Below are positions 53,912 to 62,936 of a DNA stretch of 64,000 nucleotides, piece by piece. Made by a program: the position numbers and the translations under genes. Source of the DNA: Bacillota bacterium (GTDB lineage: Bacteria > Bacillota > Dehalobacteriia > UBA4068); NCBI GenBank assembly GCA_024679955.1, contig JAILCQ010000009.1, positions 3,467 to 67,466 on the forward strand. Reading direction: 5' to 3'. The notes under the pieces are model-generated. The model searched no databases, had not been told where the DNA came from, and saw only the letters and a list, made by a program, of their open reading frames with translations. Numbering within the stretch: position 1 is the stretch's first letter; every line of letters begins with the position of its first letter.

Positions 53912-55403
53912 GAATATCGGTAAAGAGCCGGAAAACATTTTGCCGGATGCGCAGCCGCCGGCAGCCCCGGAGCCTGTAATCGAGGAAGATACCGGGTCTG
54001 TTCAAGACGTTGACGCCGGCCCCGCCTTGTCAGATTCCACGGAGGAACAGCCCCCGGAAGAGGAGCGTGAACCCTTTTTTGAGCAACCCCATGAAACGGA
54101 CAATGCCGGCGATTTGAAAGAGAGAATCAAACGTAGGATACAGCATAATCTATTGTATAAAATATCCGCCATTATTTTGGCGGCCCTGCTATGGACTTAT
54201 GTGACGGCCAGCCAGAATCCCTTGACCGAGGCCACTTATACCATACCCATCGAGCAGAGAAATTTGTCCTCGGAATTGGCGCTGATGGAGCAAAACCATC
54301 AGGTGCAGATCCGCGTGCAGGGCAATTCCACCGTGATCGGCGACTTGACCACCAAGGATTTCGCCGCCTATATCGATTGCACGGGGGTATTGGCCGGTGA
54401 AGCCACTTTGCAGGTAAAGGTGGATTTGCCCCCCGGCGTACAATTGGTTTCCCAAAGCCCGGAGTCCATCGACGTGACCATCGAAAACGTGGTTTCGGAA
54501 GTTTTTTCCGTGGAATTGAAGATCATCGGCCAGCCGGCGGAGGGCTTTTCCCTGATGGACGCTATGCTGACGCCGTCGCAGATCACCGTGTACGGCCCGG
54601 CGGAGCGGATGAAGCAAGTCAGCGCCGTGGCGGTCAGCGCCGACGTTACGGATGCGGTAAACAGCTATAATCAGAATCTGTCCCTGGAGGTTTTGGACGC
54701 CTCCGGCGTCAATATCAGCCAATGGTTCACGATCGTGCCCAACACCTGCAATGTGGTGATCCCCATTTCCGCCTCCATGCCGGAAAAAGAGGTGGCGGTG
54801 TCGGCGGTGGTCAACGGCCAACCCGCCGCCGGTTTCCAGGTCAGCCAGGTGGTGGTGGAACCCTCCACGGTAAGGATACTGGGCGATATGGATACGTTGA
54901 GATCGCTGTATTATGTGGAAACGCAGCCCATCGACGTGAGCGGCCTGCGGGAAAGCATCACCCGCACGGTGGATCTGGTGGCCGAAAACGGCGTCACCCT
55001 GAGTACCGCCAGCGTGACTGTGGCCATTAAGATCGACGCGGTTTCCACGGCCTCTGTCAGCAAACACTTGCTGCATGTGGAAAACCTGAAGGATACTTTA
55101 AGCGCCGCCGTGCCTGATCTGACGGTGGAGATCACCGTATCCGGCCCCGCCGCGCTGATCCAGGATTTGGATCCCACCATGGTGATCCCTTATGTGGAAT
55201 GCTCGGAAATCACCGAGCCGGGCACGTATACGCTGCCGGTCCGGGTATCCTTGCCTTCCAATCTCAGCGCGGTATCCTGCGCTCCCGATACGGTATCCGT
55301 GCAGATCAGCGCCAAAAGCGGCAACGAGCCGTCAACGGAAAACGGCGCGGCCGGCGACGGAGAAGCCGTCAACGGGGCCGATGTAAAGGTAGGGAGCGAA
55401 TGA
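53904..55403 (+). CDS. cdaR: CdaA regulatory protein CdaR (YbbR-domain repeats) with an acidic N-terminal extension
   Basis: GTG start overlapping the cdaA stop. One TM segment (LYKISAIILAALLWTYV), followed by four YbbR-like beta repeats. Confidence 0.8.
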   Translation: MVENIGKEPENILPDAQPPAAPEPVIEEDTGSVQDVDAGPALSDSTEEQPPEEEREPFFEQPHETDNAGDLKERIKRRIQHNLLYKISAIILAALLWTYVTASQNPLTEATYTIPIEQRNLSSELALMEQNHQVQIRVQGNSTVIGDLTTKDFAAYIDCTGVLAGEATLQVKVDLPPGVQLVSQSPESIDVTIENVVSEVFSVELKIIGQPAEGFSLMDAMLTPSQITVYGPAERMKQVSAVAVSADVTDAVNSYNQNLSLEVLDASGVNISQWFTIVPNTCNVVIPISASMPEKEVAVSAVVNGQPAAGFQVSQVVVEPSTVRILGDMDTLRSLYYVETQPIDVSGLRESITRTVDLVAENGVTLSTASVTVAIKIDAVSTASVSKHLLHVENLKDTLSAAVPDLTVEITVSGPAALIQDLDPTMVIPYVECSEITEPGTYTLPVRVSLPSNLSAVSCAPDTVSVQISAKSGNEPSTENGAAGDGEAVNGADVKVGSE

Positions 55404-56974
55404 GCCGGGGGCAAGCGGCCCCCATCACCGTGAAAATACCTTTGGGACAGCTGCACAGCCGGGAAGAAGAACAACAAATCCTGCGCTGTCTGGCGGCGAA
55501 AAAACTGCGGATGAAACCGGGGGAGGTATTCCGCCTGGCTTTGCGAAAAAAGTCTTTGGACGCCCGGGATAAAAACAATTTGCTGTTTATTTATCAGGTG
55601 GAAATCAACGGCAAGGAAGAAGCGCCGCTGCGCTGGCCGCAGAGAAGGCCCGCTTCCCAAAGACCGGTGGTGATCGGGTTGGGGCCTGCCGGTTTGTTCG
55701 CCGCTTTGGCTTTGGCGGAGGCCGGTTTGCAGCCTGTGGTGATAGAAAAAGGCCTGCCGCTGCAGGAACGCCTGGGGGCGGTGGAACGTTTTTGGCAAAC
55801 CGGCCGTCTGGACTGCAGCAGCAATATCCAATTCGGCCAGGGCGGCGCGGGGGCTTTTTCCGACGGCAAACTCACCAGCCGCAGCAAAGACCCGCTGGCG
55901 CGGCAGGTGTTCCGCCTGCTGCGGCAGTACGGCGCCGAAGGCGAAATCGAGTACTGGTACCGGCCGCATATCGGCAGCGACCGTTTGCCGGCTATCGTCG
56001 ACGGCATATGCCGGCGCATTGCCGGTCTGGGCGGCAGCTTTTATTATCAAACCGCTTTGACGGATATGGAAATCGTCCGGGGCCGTTTACGATCCCTTAC
56101 TTTGGAAAAAGAAGGCGCGTCATGGCAGGCTGCCGCGGAAAACGTGATCCTGGCTGCCGGCAACGGCGCTTGGGATCTTTACCGCCTGGCCTACCGGCGC
56201 GGTCTGGCCATGGAGGCCAAACCTTTTGCCGTGGGCCTGCGCCTGGAGCACAGCCAGGAAAAGATCGACCGCGGCCGCTATGGGGATTTTGCCGGTCATC
56301 CGCTGCTGCCGGCGGCGGATTATCAGCTGACCTATCGCAATCCTGCGGACGGCCGGGGGGTGTACACCTTTTGCATGTGTCCCGGCGGGCATGTGGTCAA
56401 CGCCTCGTCGGCGGAGGCCGCGCTGGTCACCAACGGCGCTTCTCAGGCCGCCCGGGACAGCGGACGGGCCAACAGCGCGGTGGTGGCGGCGGTAGCGCCG
56501 GGACGGGATTTCGGCGACGGGCCTTTGGCCGGCCTGGAATGGCAGATGGCCTTGGAAAAACAGGCGTATCAGGTCAGCGGCAGCTACGCCTTGCCCAGCC
56601 AAAGCGTGGAAGAATTCTTAGCCGGGCAACCGGCGCGAAAACCTTTGTATGGGTTTCAGCCTTTGAGCTGCGGCGTGGCAGCCGCGGATTTGCGGCGTTT
56701 GCTGCCCGGCCCATTGGCGGGCGCCATCGGCGACGCCATAACGTATTGGCAAAGGCAGATCCCGGATTTTCACCGGCAGGGTTTTTTGGCGGCCATCGAA
56801 ACCAGGACTTCGGCGCCGGTACGCCTGCTGCGGGGGGAAAACCGGCAAAGCCTGTCCGCGGAAGGTTTGTTCCCGGCAGGCGAAGGCGCGGGATATGCCG
56901 GCGGCATCATCAGCAGCGCCGTGGACGGGTTAAAAAGCGCCTATGCGCTTATGGAAAGGATAAAAACAGAATGA
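55400..56974 (+). CDS. FAD-dependent oxidoreductase of the uncharacterised COG2509 type
   Basis: ATG at 55400 in an ATGA overlap with the cdaR stop, AAGGTAGGGAG RBS. VVIGLGPAGLFAALALAEAGLQPVVIEKG dinucleotide fold, NIQFGQGGAGAFSDGKL, CMCPGGHVV. Confidence 0.8.
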   Translation: MSRGQAAPITVKIPLGQLHSREEEQQILRCLAAKKLRMKPGEVFRLALRKKSLDARDKNNLLFIYQVEINGKEEAPLRWPQRRPASQRPVVIGLGPAGLFAALALAEAGLQPVVIEKGLPLQERLGAVERFWQTGRLDCSSNIQFGQGGAGAFSDGKLTSRSKDPLARQVFRLLRQYGAEGEIEYWYRPHIGSDRLPAIVDGICRRIAGLGGSFYYQTALTDMEIVRGRLRSLTLEKEGASWQAAAENVILAAGNGAWDLYRLAYRRGLAMEAKPFAVGLRLEHSQEKIDRGRYGDFAGHPLLPAADYQLTYRNPADGRGVYTFCMCPGGHVVNASSAEAALVTNGASQAARDSGRANSAVVAAVAPGRDFGDGPLAGLEWQMALEKQAYQVSGSYALPSQSVEEFLAGQPARKPLYGFQPLSCGVAAADLRRLLPGPLAGAIGDAITYWQRQIPDFHRQGFLAAIETRTSAPVRLLRGENRQSLSAEGLFPAGEGAGYAGGIISSAVDGLKSAYALMERIKTE

Positions 56975-58311
56975 GTAGAAAATTTGGTACGGACGGAATA
57001 CGAGGAAAAGCCGGGGTGATGTTGACCCCCGAATTGGCCTACCGGCTGGGCTTGGCCGCGGCCGTGGCTTTAAGCGATAAAGGCAAGGAAAAATCCACGA
57101 TTCTCATCGGTAAAGATACGCGGATATCCGGCGACATGCTGGAATCTGCTTTGGCGGCGGGTTTGGTTGCCGCCGGCGTGGACGTGGTGCTGCTGGGCGT
57201 GATCCCTACCCCTGGCGTGGCGGCGCTGCTGCGTCATTTGCACGGAGACGCCGCGGCGGTGATTTCCGCCTCCCACAATCCGTATTATGACAACGGCATT
57301 AAATTCTTCGCCCGTGGCGGCTATAAATTGCCGGATGAAGTGGAAGATCAACTGGAGGCGCTGATGGACGATCCCCAGGCGATCCCCAGGGCTACGGACG
57401 GCCGTATCGGCCGCATCCATATGTATCCGCAGGCCATCGAAACCTATGCCGGTTTGCTGCTGCAGCAGCAAAGCCCGGATCTGCAGGGCATGAAGATCGC
57501 TTTGGATTGCGCCAACGGCGCGTCCTATCAGCTGATGCCGGCATTGCTGCGCCGTTTAGGCGCGGAAGTGACGGTATGCGGCGACCGGCCCAACGGCGTG
57601 AACATCAACGACCATTGCGGCAGCACCCATCTGGCCGCTTTACAAAAACTGGTATTGCAGGAGAAGGCTGATTTGGGCCTGGCTTTTGACGGCGACGCCG
57701 ACCGTTTGCTGGCCATCGACGAAACCGGCGAGGAAGTGGACGGCGATCATTTGCTGGCCATTATCGCCACCTGGCTGAAAGAACAGGATATGCTGACCGC
57801 CAATCGCATCGTGGTGACCCAAATGAGCAATATGGGCTTGAAGCTGGCCATGGAAAAGATCGGCGTGGAGGTGGAAGACACCAAGGTCGGCGACCGCTAC
57901 GTGCTGGAAAGGATGCTGGCCACTGGGGCCGCCGCCGGCGGCGAGCAATCGGGGCATTTGATCCTTTCCCATTACAATACCACCGGGGACGGCCCTGCTG
58001 CCGCCTTGCAGCTGCTGCGCATCATCCGGGAATATAAGAAGCCCCTGAGCCAATTGAAGGGGATCATGGAGCGTTTGCCCCAGGTTTTGGTCAATGTCAA
58101 GGTGGCGCAAAAAGAAGGCTGGCAGGAAAAAGAAGCCATCCGTCAGGCCATCGCCGCCGGCGAGGCGGATTTGAACGGCCAGGGCCGCATCCTGCTGCGT
58201 CCCTCCGGCACCGAGCCGGTGATCCGGGTCATGGCCGAAGGCCGGGATCTGGCCCTGCTGGAATCCGTGGTGGATCGCATCGCCAGGGCGGTGGACGCTT
58301 CTTTGAATTAG
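56971..58311 (+). CDS. glmM: Phosphoglucosamine mutase
   Basis: ATG at 56971 in an ATGA overlap with the upstream stop. MSRKFGTDGIRGKAG, active-site ISASHNPYYDNGIKFF, GGEQSGH. Confidence 0.95.
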   Translation: MSRKFGTDGIRGKAGVMLTPELAYRLGLAAAVALSDKGKEKSTILIGKDTRISGDMLESALAAGLVAAGVDVVLLGVIPTPGVAALLRHLHGDAAAVISASHNPYYDNGIKFFARGGYKLPDEVEDQLEALMDDPQAIPRATDGRIGRIHMYPQAIETYAGLLLQQQSPDLQGMKIALDCANGASYQLMPALLRRLGAEVTVCGDRPNGVNINDHCGSTHLAALQKLVLQEKADLGLAFDGDADRLLAIDETGEEVDGDHLLAIIATWLKEQDMLTANRIVVTQMSNMGLKLAMEKIGVEVEDTKVGDRYVLERMLATGAAAGGEQSGHLILSHYNTTGDGPAAALQLLRIIREYKKPLSQLKGIMERLPQVLVNVKVAQKEGWQEKEAIRQAIAAGEADLNGQGRILLRPSGTEPVIRVMAEGRDLALLESVVDRIARAVDASLN

Positions 58312-58353
58312 ATCTGCGAAGGAAACCGCTTTTTATTTTAATAGCATAGACAG

Positions 58354-58406
58354 AAAAAAACCTTGCGGGGGATGCGCTTGACCGTTCTTTCCCCGCAAGG
58401 TTTTTT
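58354..58406. terminator. Bidirectional terminator between glmM and the SASP gene
   Basis: AAAAAAACCTTGCGGGG-20 nt loop-CCCCGCAAGGTTTTTT. Confidence 0.7.
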
Positions 58407-58416
58407 CGCAAAAGGG

Positions 58417-58695
58417 CTAGTAATTGTTGTTGCCGCTATTGCTGTTGTTGCCATAAATGGTAGAAGAAGCGCTGTTTACCGCAGAAGTCTGGCCCTGAGA
58501 CAGAGCGTGTTCGGCAAAAGCGACCATTTTTTTGGTCATATTGCCGCCCACATAACCGTTTTGACGGGAAGACAGCTGACCTTTATCGATCTGATCGTAA
58601 TTGGAAATACCCAGTTCGTTGGCAACTTCCATTTTGAAGTTATTCAAAGCATGAGAAGCGCCGGGAACGGAAGGCATATTGTTGTTGCTGCGCAT
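58417..58695 (-). CDS. Alpha/beta-type small acid-soluble spore protein with an extended Asn/Ser-rich C-terminal tail
   Basis: 92 aa. ALNNFKMEVANELGI...LSSRQNGYVGGNMTKKMVAFAEHAL matches the SASP alpha/beta signature, including a GPR-type EVANE cleavage site. AGGAGGTG RBS. Confidence 0.9.
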   Translation of the reverse strand: MRSNNNMPSVPGASHALNNFKMEVANELGISNYDQIDKGQLSSRQNGYVGGNMTKKMVAFAEHALSQGQTSAVNSASSTIYGNNSNSGNNNY

Positions 58696-58726
58696 TGATT
58701 TTCACCTCCTTTATGCTTGCTGAGGC

Positions 58727-58756
58727 TATTGTGTGAGAAAAGCATATCTCTTATAC
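58727..58756 (-). promoter_or_regulatory. Forespore (sigma-G/F-like) promoter of the SASP gene
   Basis: The minus strand reads GTATA (58752-56), an 18-nt spacer, then CACAATA (58727-33). This fits GnATR / CAtnnTA. Confidence 0.5.
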
Positions 58757-58953
58757 CGTGCAATTTTTTCCTTTTTGGATAAATTGTTTTTTAATATTCA
58801 AAATAACGACGAACGGCGGCGGCAAAAACGGACGTCGCCGGGACAGGCTTACTAAAAAGCCGCTTTGGGAAAATTGCCGCGCCTGGACACAATAGAAAAC
58901 AGGCGCGACCGTTGGCCGCGCCTGTTTTGTCACGCTGTTGCGGATGGGCAAAA

Positions 58954-59718
58954 TCATCTTTTTTTGTAAAGAACGAGTTCCGGATCGGCGCCGTCCTTGC
59001 CGTAGGTGCTGACCATAATGAAATCCATGTTGGCCAGCACGCCAAAGCACCGTTCTCCGCCGAACTGGGATTCCAGTTGATTCCCCAGATAGGTCGTGCC
59101 GTCATCCAGGAATTTCACGACCTCTCCGTTGGGCAGCCGGTAGGGGAGATTCACAAATTTCCCCACCAGAGCGTTGAGCTTTTCTACCCGGGGCATGCCT
59201 TCGATATGGAGGCTGTTGATTTCTTCCGTCAATTGCTTTTTGAAGGCCTCAAATTGACCGCCGTCGCTGAGGGCTTCGTATCTTTTCCAATAGTCCAGCT
59301 TCGGCAGGGTCTGCTTTAAATAAGCCCGGGCCTGTTCTTCGGAAAAATTTTCACTGACCATATGTCCGACGCAGACGTCGATCAGATCATCCATATCGTG
59401 ATAGGTATAGGTCCCGTCCGCATAGCACCATTGGCAATAGTCCTCATTGAGGGCTCCGTCTTTGTCCCGGCCGATGATGCCGTCTTCCAGCGGCATGCCG
59501 CAGCATTGGCAGATCAGCTGCCGGGGAGAACCCAGCAGAGTATTGATGGAAACGTTGAAAACTTTGGAAAGCTGTTTCAGCGTCTCGGTGTTGGGCACCG
59601 TTTCGCCGTTTTCCCAACGGGATACCGCCTGCCGGGTGACAAAAACCTTTTCCGCCAATTCGTCCTGGGACAAGCCGTGCTTTGATCTTAGCTCATATAG
59701 TACGTCTTTTGTGTCCAT
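58954..59718 (-). CDS. XRE-family HTH regulator fused to a zinc-ribbon and a C-terminal domain of unknown function
   Basis: Start at MDTKDVLYEL (GGGAGG RBS). LSQDELAEKVFVTRQAVSRWENGETVP HTH. CQCCGMPL...YCQWCY zinc ribbon. Confidence 0.8.
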   Translation of the reverse strand: MDTKDVLYELRSKHGLSQDELAEKVFVTRQAVSRWENGETVPNTETLKQLSKVFNVSINTLLGSPRQLICQCCGMPLEDGIIGRDKDGALNEDYCQWCYADGTYTYHDMDDLIDVCVGHMVSENFSEEQARAYLKQTLPKLDYWKRYEALSDGGQFEAFKKQLTEEINSLHIEGMPRVEKLNALVGKFVNLPYRLPNGEVVKFLDDGTTYLGNQLESQFGGERCFGVLANMDFIMVSTYGKDGADPELVLYKKR

Positions 59719-59738
59719 GCAATCGCCTCCCATACCTG

Positions 59739-59766
59739 ATTATAATACGAAACCGCCGGATTGCAA
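59739..59766 (-). promoter_or_regulatory. Putative promoter of the XRE regulator (TTGCAA-16-TATAAT on the minus strand)
   Basis: TTGCAA at 59761-66 is self-complementary. Plus-strand ATTATA at 59739-44 reads TATAAT on the minus strand. Confidence 0.45.
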
Positions 59767-59880
59767 GCAACCGGCTGTTGCCCCAGCCGCTGCCGGCCGA
59801 AAGCAAGAAACCCGCCGTCGCTTTCTTTCAGAAAGGAAAGCGCAGCGGGTATTCCTATATATTTTGCATGCGAAAAAAGC

Positions 59881-60621
59881 TTACCGATTTTTTGCCGTTT
59901 TTTTGGCGTCCCGGCGCACCGCCGCCATAAAACGGGGCAGAACCAGATAGCGCCGCCAGCGGGAGGGTTGCTGAAGCAGACGGTACAGCCATTCCAGACG
60001 CAATTTTTGCATGAACTGCGGCGCTCTTTTTAAATTGCCGCATATCACGTCAAAACTGCCGCCGACGCCCATGGCTACCGCCGCGCCCAAACGGTGGGCG
60101 TTTTCGGCCAGCCATTTTTCCTGGAAGGGCATGCCCAAACCGGCGAACAGCAAAGCCGGGCGGGCCTTTTGTATGGCGGAAATCACCTGTTCTTCCCGGT
60201 CGCGGAAATAGCCGTTTTCCGTGCCGGCGATCTGCAGGCCGGGATATTGCTTTTGCAGTTTTTCCGCGGCAGCCGCCGCTACGCCGGGCTTGGAGCCCAG
60301 CAGATATACCGGCCAGCCTTGTTCCGCCGCCAAACGGCAAAGCTGCTGCATCAGATCGATGCCCGTCAAGCGCTGCAGTCCGCGAAAGCCGTAGCGTTCC
60401 GCCGCCCATACCAGACCGTTGCCGTCCGCCGTGACCAAAGCAGCCTGCTCCACGATGTTTTGCAAAGATGGGTCGCCGATGGCCAGCATGACGCCTTCCG
60501 GATTCAGGGTGACGATTTGCTGCATTTGCGCAGGCGCCGGATAGCCGGCCAGCCATTGCAAAACTTGTTCCAGGGCTTGCTCCATGGCGCAAGCATCCAC
60601 TCTGATTTGTAGAATCCGCAT
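59881..60621 (-). CDS. WecB/TagA/CpsF-family glycosyltransferase (ManNAc transferase-like)
   Basis: Start trimmed to MRILQIRVDA (AGGAG RBS). VTLNPEGVMLA, GLVWAA and VAMGVGGSFDVICG are typical of the TagA family. Confidence 0.8.
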   Translation of the reverse strand: MRILQIRVDACAMEQALEQVLQWLAGYPAPAQMQQIVTLNPEGVMLAIGDPSLQNIVEQAALVTADGNGLVWAAERYGFRGLQRLTGIDLMQQLCRLAAEQGWPVYLLGSKPGVAAAAAEKLQKQYPGLQIAGTENGYFRDREEQVISAIQKARPALLFAGLGMPFQEKWLAENAHRLGAAVAMGVGGSFDVICGNLKRAPQFMQKLRLEWLYRLLQQPSRWRRYLVLPRFMAAVRRDAKKTAKNR

Positions 60622-60646
60622 AAAACGCTCCTGTGTCTTCGGCAGC

Positions 60647-61921
60647 CTATCCGACGGCATTCTCGGTCTCCTGCAAGTCGGTGGGGATTTCCTGCGAATC
60701 GTCCCAATTGTCTATGACTTCTTCCTGGGGCGGTACCACGTTTTCCCCGTTTTCTTCACCGGTATCGCCGGTATCGATTTCTTCGCCGCCGTCGGGAACG
60801 GTGACTTCCGTGTCGCTTTCGTTGCTATCCGTATGCTGCCGGCGCGCGGTTTCTTCTTCTTCCACCTCATCGTCATCCGCCTGGGAGGGGATGGAATAGA
60901 CGCCGCTGCCTTCGTCGCCCGTCAAATGGAGATTGATATCTTCATTACCGGTGATTTCCACCAGCATGGAGCGGAGTTTATTGGGGGAGACCACCCAGAA
61001 GGAAATGTTCTGATTGCCGTAGGGGAGATATTTGCCCACGCCGGGGACCATATACGTTTGCAGATTATCCAGATCCATATTGGATAAAGCGGTGGCCATG
61101 GACAGGCATTCGCTTAAGCTGAAAGAGGTGGTGACATTATCCATGGCGATGGATACCAGCTGCGGGGTTTTCAACACATTGGACAGGGAGAACAGCTTAT
61201 CCGCCAACAGTTTGAGGAATTTCTGCTGCCGTTCGATACGGCCGATATCGGCGGTGGCCGTATCGCGATACCGGACATAGGCCAGGGCATCCACGCCGTC
61301 CAAGGTTTGCGAACCGGCCTTGAGGTCGATGTTTTCCCATTTTTTATACATATCCGTTTCCACATCGACTTCCACGCCGCCGATGGCGTCGATCAGGTCG
61401 GTGAATCCCTGGAAATCGATGAGCACATAGCCGTCTATTTCCACGCCGAGAAAGTCTTCAATGGTTTTCATTGTCAGATTAATGCCGCCATAAAAAAAAG
61501 AATGGTTTATTTTCGTTTTGGTACTGGTGCCGGGGATTTGCACATAGGTATCCCGGGGAATGGACAGCAGCTTGACGGATTTGTTGGTCATATCCAAAAA
61601 GGCCAGGATAATGGTATCCGTCCGTCCGGCGTTTTCGCCTTCCCGATTGTCAGCGCCTACCAGCAGGATGACTCTCGTGCCCTCCAGGCTGACGATATCC
61701 TCTCTGGGCGGGGCGCTGACGTTTTCGGCGGTGACCACTTCGCCTTCCAGTTTTTCCGCCGCCGCTACCGCGGAGACGAAGCCCAGATAAAAGAACCAGG
61801 CCAGAACAAACAGCACGATCAGGACAAAGCATATCCTTTGCGGCGTGGTCAAACGGAAAAACCAAGAACGTTTTTGATGGATGGTGGTACGATCCTGTTC
61901 CCAAAAAATATTTTCGCTCAT
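60647..61921 (-). CDS. LytR-CpsA-Psr (LCP) family cell-wall glycopolymer ligase with an acidic C-terminal tail
   Basis: 424 aa. N-terminal TM segment. LLVGADNREGENAGRTDTIILAFLD...LSIPRDTYV LCP core. About 90 aa of D/E-rich tail. Confidence 0.85.
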   Translation of the reverse strand: MSENIFWEQDRTTIHQKRSWFFRLTTPQRICFVLIVLFVLAWFFYLGFVSAVAAAEKLEGEVVTAENVSAPPREDIVSLEGTRVILLVGADNREGENAGRTDTIILAFLDMTNKSVKLLSIPRDTYVQIPGTSTKTKINHSFFYGGINLTMKTIEDFLGVEIDGYVLIDFQGFTDLIDAIGGVEVDVETDMYKKWENIDLKAGSQTLDGVDALAYVRYRDTATADIGRIERQQKFLKLLADKLFSLSNVLKTPQLVSIAMDNVTTSFSLSECLSMATALSNMDLDNLQTYMVPGVGKYLPYGNQNISFWVVSPNKLRSMLVEITGNEDINLHLTGDEGSGVYSIPSQADDDEVEEEETARRQHTDSNESDTEVTVPDGGEEIDTGDTGEENGENVVPPQEEVIDNWDDSQEIPTDLQETENAVG

Positions 61922-61935
61922 AATTCACCTCAAAA

Positions 61936-62532
61936 TTATCTGCGATATATATCTACCTGACGTTTTTGCGGGTCCCAGTTGAAGGTGCAGCCCAAGGCTT
62001 CCGCAAAACGGACGTGAACCAAGGTACGGTTGGCGCTGTTGATGATGGGCGCATAGGGCAGGGTATAGGCGGCGCCGTTGACATAGGCGGTGGTGCTGCC
62101 GATTTTCAAAACCATGGTATTGCCGCCATAGCCATAGCTGACCTGCCGTTTGGCGGCGTCCCAGGAAACCGTCATGCCCATGGATTCGCCGATCATTCTG
62201 GCCGGCACCATGGTATAGCCGGCTCCCATGATGGCCGCTTCCGTATCCATGACCACGGCCTTGCCGTTTACATAAGCGGTGCGGCTGCCGATGGTCAGCA
62301 CGATATGGCAGAATTTGGACATTTCTTGTTTTAAACTGTCTATTTGATTCTGTAAGTCCTTAAATTGTTCCTGCACATATCCATCCACCCAGCTTTTGCT
62401 TACCAATGGATCGGCGGCGGAACCGGGGTCCGCAGCGGAAGCCGGACTGAAAGCGGCGGCCAGGAGGCAGAGCAAAAGCGCGGCGATGCGGATGAATCGG
62501 GGAACCATGTTTGACATAGCCGGTTTTTTCAT
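61936..62532 (-). CDS. Secreted copper-amine-oxidase N-terminal (stalk) domain protein
   Basis: Start trimmed to MKKPAMSNMVPRFIRIAALLLCLLAAAFSPASA (signal peptide, GAGGG RBS). Two IGS.TAYVNG...VP.R repeats. Confidence 0.75.
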   Translation of the reverse strand: MKKPAMSNMVPRFIRIAALLLCLLAAAFSPASAADPGSAADPLVSKSWVDGYVQEQFKDLQNQIDSLKQEMSKFCHIVLTIGSRTAYVNGKAVVMDTEAAIMGAGYTMVPARMIGESMGMTVSWDAAKRQVSYGYGGNTMVLKIGSTTAYVNGAAYTLPYAPIINSANRTLVHVRFAEALGCTFNWDPQKRQVDIYRR

Positions 62533-62936
62533 GCTTTTCCCTCGATTTAGACGAATTATCGATACATACCTCGACTGATATATCTTCGACGCTTCCCCCT
62601 CCTTTCCTGCTTTGCCTGTAAAATACCTGCTTCCCTTTTGCCGGCCCCGCGGGGGATAGGAAGGCTTTCCCATGTGATCTCCAATGCCGGCAGCCGTCGG
62701 GCCGCAAGCCTTTGCCGGGCCAAGGCCAGGTTTCTTACGCCGGGAAGCGCAAAAAAAGAGAAAAAACTGGACAAAAGGACAAGCGGCGGCTATAATAGGT
62801 AACGACCGAAGCGAAAGCCATAAAACCTTTAGCAATAAAACAAGAAGCCAACAACTAGCCGGTTGACTTCTTGTTTTATTTTTATTTTCAATTGAAATCC
62901 GTGACGCCGCAGGCGGCGTCCTGCCGGCGGCAGGGT

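Noticed and set aside
55792-56970. Long N-terminal extensions in the ORF track that overlap upstream genes: glmM as an 839-aa ORF here, and similarly 17708-17893 (trmD), 55199-55399 (FAD protein), 37924-38091 (YgjP), 38881-38946 (thrS), 8998-9141 (radical SAM), 46260-46421 (hsp20), 62533-62835 (stalk protein).
   Set aside because: These are typical GC-rich open-frame artefacts. The extensions are Arg/Gly/Pro-rich nonsense that overlaps well-supported genes in another frame. In each case a canonical N-terminus with an RBS, and often an ATGA coupling, occurs at the internal Met.
62533-62835. A leader of about 300 nt upstream of the stalk-domain gene, considered as a possible riboswitch (c-di-GMP, c-di-AMP/ydaO or cobalamin).
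   Set aside because: I could not match any conserved core of these riboswitch classes by eye, and I found no clear promoter or terminator pair. A covariance-model scan (Rfam/Infernal) would be needed before making any claim.
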